64,000 nt of DNA, taken from positions 224,001 to 288,000 of the forward strand of contig CAVRKK010000002.1 in NCBI GenBank assembly GCA_963722385.1, in the 5' to 3' direction. The stretch is from an uncultured bacterium (GTDB lineage Bacteria; Babelota; Babeliae; Babelales; Babelaceae). The notes beneath the pieces are model-generated. The model saw only the letters and a program-made list of their open reading frames with translations, was not told where the DNA came from and made no database searches. Shown piece by piece: positions 59,492-64,000 of the stretch. Every line of letters starts with the position of its first letter. Position 1 is the first letter of the stretch. A program made the position numbers and the translations under genes.

Positions 59492-59666
59492 AATATCGCC
59501 TATGCGGCTGGCACGACTACGCGTCGAGCGGCATGGCAGCGGCCCTGCACCCACACCTTAAGCCTAATGAGCGTGTATGTAGCAGCCTCTACATCTTGCT
59601 TTCTTTTAGTTTCATAACCATGCGCAACGCATGGTTATGATCACCGCAATCCTCCTGGCGGAGGAT
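59492..59666 (-). repeat. Dispersed five-hairpin element, copy D
   Basis: Minus strand: atcctcc-gcca-ggaggat; tcataaccatgcg-ttg-cgcatggttatga; gggtgcagggccgctgccatgccgctcgacgcgtagtcgtgccagccgcataggcgatatt. Confidence 0.85.
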
Positions 59667-59768
59667 AAACGAAAAGCTGGCAAAAAATTGTTATCTGTAT
59701 TAAATCATTGATATTTTAATCTTCCAGGCACTATACTATAAATAAATTAATAGTGCAAGGAGAAAACA

Positions 59769-59993
59769 ATGAAGCATAGCGTATTCCTTTTTTTACTCGT
59801 TATGAGTGCCCATGTATGCGCTCAAAATGATTATCCGCGGTTTGTAAGAAGCGCATGCGCGAGACCCTTCGATACATGTTCTATCTCACTTGATTGTGGC
59901 CCCGAAGGCTGTCCCCAAAACTTAACGCAGGGTCAAACATGGGATGGTAAATGTAACAGCGATCTCCAATGTATTGATCTTGAATTAACCTGA
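59769..59993 (+). CDS. Small secreted cysteine-rich peptide
   Basis: AAGGAG RBS, signal peptide, 6 Cys in ~56-aa mature part. Confidence 0.7.
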   Translation: MKHSVFLFLLVMSAHVCAQNDYPRFVRSACARPFDTCSISLDCGPEGCPQNLTQGQTWDGKCNSDLQCIDLELT

Positions 59994-60004
59994 GGAGAAC
60001 ATTT

Positions 60005-60382
60005 ATGTCTCGTATACGGTGCTTAATAATTTTATTAACCGCTTTTTTTGGCACGGTAGATGCCTTTCAATATAAATTCTGCAATCGAGGACCAACGCCA
60101 ATAGCAGTTCAAGCCGTTTATACCTGCCCACTCTCCCGCGTTAAGGTAATACAAAAGGAGTACAAAATTGCGCGTGGTGGTGCGGCAATCTCTGGCGAGC
60201 TCGAAGCAGACTGCTCCCTCGATATACCGAGCCTTAAAATAAACAATAAACAAATAAATAACTATTGCCAAGAATCAGGTAGTTTTGGTCACCCAACAAA
60301 AGCCACAACAATCATGTTAAAAGTAGTAGGGGGCAAATGGACTGCACAAGAAAAAGGTGGCCTCCTGATGTGCACTGGCTAA
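60005..60382 (+). CDS. Small secreted cysteine-containing protein
   Basis: GAGGAG RBS, signal peptide (VDA|F). Confidence 0.7.
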   Translation: MSRIRCLIILLTAFFGTVDAFQYKFCNRGPTPIAVQAVYTCPLSRVKVIQKEYKIARGGAAISGELEADCSLDIPSLKINNKQINNYCQESGSFGHPTKATTIMLKVVGGKWTAQEKGGLLMCTG

Positions 60383-60415
60383 ATAGCCCAACAATGAACC
60401 AAAAGGAGAACAACA

Positions 60416-60604
60416 ATGGCACGTTATGGCGAAAAAGCAAAAGAATCAGTCAAGGAAGCGATGAAAAAATATAAAGAAGGTGAGTTAAAGAGTGGCAAAT
60501 CAGGCAAAACGGTGACAAACCCACGGCAGGCGATAGCCATTGGTTTATCTGAAGCCCGCGCAAAAGGCGCCAAAGTGCCGCCACCACCATCAAGGAAAAA
60601 ATAA
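60416..60604 (+). CDS. Small basic conserved hypothetical protein (DUF6496-like)
   Basis: M..YKEGELKSGKSGKTVTNPRQAIAIGLSEAR; AGGAG RBS. Confidence 0.8.
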   Translation: MARYGEKAKESVKEAMKKYKEGELKSGKSGKTVTNPRQAIAIGLSEARAKGAKVPPPPSRKK

Positions 60605-60617
60605 CGGGAGTCGATCC

Positions 60618-61157
60618 ATGCCATCAAATCAAGAAGATTTCGTCGCACTATTCGTTAAAATTCTTCAACAGCAGAAAGCGCTGAAAGAATCTGAAGCACA
60701 AGCTCTAGCCTCGAAGTTTAAAGGCTATTCAGCACTTAATTTTGAAGAATTTTTAATCGATGAAGGAATTATTACCCACGAAAGCCTGTTACAAGCATTA
60801 AGCGAGTATTATCATATGCCTGCTTTTGATGTCCGCGGAGAATTTTTTGACCACCACCTGGTCACCATGTTTCCCCAGGACCTTCTTCTACGCCACCATT
60901 TTATTCCCTACATTCGCGATGAAAATATTCTAACGTTAGTGGCAGCTGAGCCCGATGATCCAGAACTTACCGTGCTTATTGGTAGTTACGTATCATACGA
61001 CATTGACTTCCTGGTAGGCTACTTCCGCGATATAGAAGATGAGATAGAAGACTTTTATGCCCAGCCGCTCACTCAAGATGTGGTAACCAAAGATCAAGAT
61101 CTTCGGCAAGAACATGAAGAACAAAAAGATGAAGAGCACTTAGAAGAACTCGAATAA
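60618..61157 (+). CDS. Stand-alone GspE/PilB N-terminal (MshEN/T2SSE_N-like) domain protein
   Basis: FLIDEGIITHESLLQALSEYYHMP, FP..LLLRHHFIP, LVAAEPDD; no ATPase domain. Confidence 0.65.
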   Translation: MPSNQEDFVALFVKILQQQKALKESEAQALASKFKGYSALNFEEFLIDEGIITHESLLQALSEYYHMPAFDVRGEFFDHHLVTMFPQDLLLRHHFIPYIRDENILTLVAAEPDDPELTVLIGSYVSYDIDFLVGYFRDIEDEIEDFYAQPLTQDVVTKDQDLRQEHEEQKDEEHLEELE

Positions 61158-61194
61158 CATCAGTAACCATAAAAATGAGAAGTAAGGAGAAGTC

Positions 61195-61683
61195 ATGCGG
61201 TACATTATGCTTATAATAAAGCGCTTAGCTCTTATAATCCCGTGTTTCTGCACGATCGCACTCAATGCCTTAACACTCGAGCTACCTTTTACCGCGACGA
61301 TCCCAAAAGAAAACGTCTATACAGGCTGTGGTGGCGATAATCAAGCGCCAGCGATCAAATGGCGCGATCTACCCCCTGACACCAAAAGCCTTGCCCTTAT
61401 AGCGCATGACCCGGACGCTCCACGAGGCGATTTTATTCATTGGGTCATGTTTAATATAGCCCCACAAAAGTCGCCAACAAGCCCGAGTCATGGAACCAAT
61501 GACTTTGGCAACCGCCGCTATGATGGGCCGTGCCCACCATCAGGCACACACCGCTATATCTTTGATTTGTACGCGCTTGATACTATACTAGAGCTACCCG
61601 AAGGAATAAAAACATCAGATCTCAAGCAAGCAATGAAGGGACATACTTTAGCAACCGCATCGCAGCAAGCACTTTATCCATAA
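61195..61683 (+). CDS. YbhB/YbcL (PEBP/RKIP) family protein, secreted
   Basis: HDPDAP..FIHWV, YDGPCPP..HRYIF.LYALD. Confidence 0.92.
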   Translation: MRYIMLIIKRLALIIPCFCTIALNALTLELPFTATIPKENVYTGCGGDNQAPAIKWRDLPPDTKSLALIAHDPDAPRGDFIHWVMFNIAPQKSPTSPSHGTNDFGNRRYDGPCPPSGTHRYIFDLYALDTILELPEGIKTSDLKQAMKGHTLATASQQALYP

Positions 61684-61702
61684 GTTAACATGGGGAAAAG
61701 AT

Positions 61703-62221
61703 ATGGCACAAACATTCACACTCGCAAGCCCAGCCTTTGAGCATGGGGCAACCATTCCCGTCATCCACGCCCATCAAGGGTTTTCTCCCCGATCACATAA
61801 TGAATCGCCACCGCTTACGTGGCAGGGAGAGCCACCCCAAACGAAAAGTTTCGCGCTTATCCTCAATGACCCAGATGCGGTCAGCGGTACCTTTACGCAC
61901 TGGGTAATCTATAACATTCCTGCCTCAGTACACGAATTACCTGCCAATTTACCTTCTCTTACCTATTTGACCGGCTCACTCAATGGCACCATGCAAGGGA
62001 AAAATGATTACGGTACTCTAGGTTATGGCGGTCCCAAACCACCAGTTGGCACCGGCATCCATCGATACATATTTACCCTCTATGCCCTTGATAGAACACT
62101 TGATATTGATCCTAAGCAGACAACGGGGCCTATTCTTGAACAAGCATTACAGAGCTATACGATTGGCAAAGCAACGCTTATTGGCCTCGTAGGTGCAACC
62201 AGTCAAAAGAGCTCGCGATAA
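61703..62221 (+). CDS. YbhB/YbcL (PEBP/RKIP) family protein, cytoplasmic
   Basis: SPPLTW, DPDA..FTHWV, YGGPKPP..HRYIF.LYALD. Confidence 0.92.
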   Translation: MAQTFTLASPAFEHGATIPVIHAHQGFSPRSHNESPPLTWQGEPPQTKSFALILNDPDAVSGTFTHWVIYNIPASVHELPANLPSLTYLTGSLNGTMQGKNDYGTLGYGGPKPPVGTGIHRYIFTLYALDRTLDIDPKQTTGPILEQALQSYTIGKATLIGLVGATSQKSSR

Positions 62222-62456
62222 CTTAAATGCCTTCTAATAAAATACATAACTAATTTTATGCCAATCTTTACCCTTTTTATATTATTTATGTTATTCGTCA
62301 TAAAACAGCGCTTTTTTCTCTAGTTCTCCAGATTTTTTTCTGATAACCTTGTGTTTAACTTTCTCGTTGCTTAGTAATTACTCCCCTATTGGGATGGCGA
62401 CAGAAAATAGTTATATAAAATGCAGTGAGCATAGAGCAAGACGAATAATCAAATAT

Positions 62457-63398
62457 ATGATTCCTATAAAAAGTGAGTTTAGTCGCCTTTCTTCATTTAT
62501 CTGCGCCTGCTTTTTTGTGAGCATGGGGTGCATCACGCTTTGCTTGATGGCGGAGTACCAGTTTTTTAGGCAACAAGTCCAAGAGCTCATGCAGCTACGA
62601 CACTATTACCAAAATTGTATTGAGGCACTCAAACAACAAATCCCTTTAAGCGATAGCAAAATGCCGTCCCCTGGGCAACAAAAAAAAATCTCGCATATAC
62701 CTGAGCCACGTTTTCTGGTGGTCAATCGTGAGCCCGAGTACTTAAAAAGAGAAGCCCTCGGTTTCGCTCGCTCACATAATCTTGAACAACCATTAAGCTC
62801 AATTTATGATAAACAACCAGAAAAAAGCACCGCCAAAAAAAGAAGGGTCATTCCCCAGCGGACAAAAATCGCACGGACAAACCCCAGCAAACACAGCAAA
62901 AAGGGTTCACCAACACACAAAAATAAGCGCCGAATCACCAAGCCTTCAATAATAAGCATACAGCTTAAAAAAGAAAATTTTTTTTCCTGGCCCCTTGACC
63001 CAGCCCATTTTTGGGTAAGCTCTCCTTTTGGTCCCCGTAAAAATCCCAATGGTTTGATTGGCTTTCACGCTGGCACCGATTTAGCAGCAGTACGTGGAAC
63101 GCCTGTCAAGGCAGCAGCCCCAGGTACGGTCACTCAGGCGACATTTCACAAAGGTTATGGTAATATGATTTTAACGGTATATCCCAACAAGGCGATGGTT
63201 CGCTATGCCCATCTAGACAGCATTCGGGTACGTGTTGGGCAACGTGTCAAGCAAGGCGATATTATTGGCACCGTCGGGAATACGGGCCATGTGCATCGTA
63301 AACGGGGAAGAGACGGCTCACATTTGCACCTTGAGATTTACGTCCCCGATGATGATAAGTCCTTTAAGCGCATTGATCCGCTCTATTTTTTACATTAA
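62457..63398 (+). CDS. M23-family peptidase with N-terminal TM helix (start uncertain)
   Basis: SSPFGPR, HAGTD (HxxxD), YGN, RYAHL, HLHLE. Confidence 0.9.
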   Translation: MIPIKSEFSRLSSFICACFFVSMGCITLCLMAEYQFFRQQVQELMQLRHYYQNCIEALKQQIPLSDSKMPSPGQQKKISHIPEPRFLVVNREPEYLKREALGFARSHNLEQPLSSIYDKQPEKSTAKKRRVIPQRTKIARTNPSKHSKKGSPTHKNKRRITKPSIISIQLKKENFFSWPLDPAHFWVSSPFGPRKNPNGLIGFHAGTDLAAVRGTPVKAAAPGTVTQATFHKGYGNMILTVYPNKAMVRYAHLDSIRVRVGQRVKQGDIIGTVGNTGHVHRKRGRDGSHLHLEIYVPDDDKSFKRIDPLYFLH

Positions 63399-63419
63399 TT
63401 TACTTAAGAAAGGTTGCTT

Positions 63420-64000
63420 ATGTTTAATAAACAGTCGAGCGGAGCAGAAAACAAATCGCGTCTACAGCACTATATCCATAGTGCTTATCAGCTGTTTATT
63501 TTACTATTAATTGCTTTTTTCATAAGGACATTTTTTTACGGGCTTTATCAAGTGCCCACGGGTTCGATGGAAACCACGATGCTTGTTGGCGAAAGGTTTC
63601 TCGCCGAGAAGCTTTCGGTATGGTTTTCTTCCCCCCAGCATGGCAATATTATAACGTTTAATGACCCGACCTATCGTTATTCAGACAATTTCTTTAAAAA
63701 CTGGTTCCAGCGGTACGTTTGGGGCCCTTCAAACTGGACCAAGCGTGTTATCGGCATACCTGGCGACCATCTCCAAGGCAGCGTAGAAAATGGCAAACCT
63801 GTCGTGTATCGCAACGGCGCTAAGCTTGATGAGCCCTACTTAAATAAATACCCTATTATTGCGCTGTGGCGAGGAACCAAGCCAACTGAGCTCATGATTA
63901 GGCAGGGCGACGTCAACTATAATTACTGGTCATATGACCCAAAACAGCCGCTTAATCAGCAACCCTTTTACCGCATCAATCCGGACTTATTGGTAAAAAT
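63420..64000 (+). CDS. lepB: Signal peptidase I, 3'-truncated by window edge (not in ORF track)
   Basis: Manual translation gives YQVPTGSMETTMLVGE (catalytic Ser) and WTKRVIGIPGD (catalytic Lys). Confidence 0.93.
   Translation, partial: MFNKQSSGAENKSRLQHYIHSAYQLFILLLIAFFIRTFFYGLYQVPTGSMETTMLVGERFLAEKLSVWFSSPQHGNIITFNDPTYRYSDNFFKNWFQRYVWGPSNWTKRVIGIPGDHLQGSVENGKPVVYRNGAKLDEPYLNKYPIIALWRGTKPTELMIRQGDVNYNYWSYDPKQPLNQQPFYRINPDLLVK

Noticed and set aside
9892..59666. Five-hairpin element as CRISPR array, attC site or plain terminator
   Set aside because: Copies are dispersed rather than tandem, no cas or integrase gene is present, there are no RYYYAAC/GTTRRRY ends, and conserved stems lack U-tracts.

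Overview
Bacterial chromosome segment. The content fits a host-dependent bacterium, possibly Dependentiae/TM6 (Babeliae): short EF-Ts, broken operons, amino-acid and nucleoside importers, ankyrin proteins and many secreted orphans. That assignment is inference only. Housekeeping genes include lolC/E-type permease, tsaB, ruvX, murE, rpe, groES-groEL, ftsL-ftsI, ychF, rplU, tsf-pyrH-frr, tig-like, trxB, rpmH-rnpA-yidD, rpmE-prfA, lepB and three tRNAs. They alternate with accessory blocks: secreted orphans, M48-like proteases, beta-propeller surface proteins, a decayed ankyrin/hydrolase gene, two toxin-antitoxin pairs, an ISAs1 element and IS200/IS605 remnants. Two signals stand out. (1) A dispersed ~165-175 nt intergenic element occurs in four full copies (9.9, 13.3, 30.4, 59.5 kb) plus inverted half-copies. 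It has five hairpins with compensatory base changes, GNRNA loops and a variable 49-59 nt spacer, making it a candidate new structured RNA or ssDNA family. (2) A ~24-aa module (YNxLRExxGxxxAxSxxKI) is shared by four otherwise different ORFs, at the N-terminus of one and the C-terminus of two.
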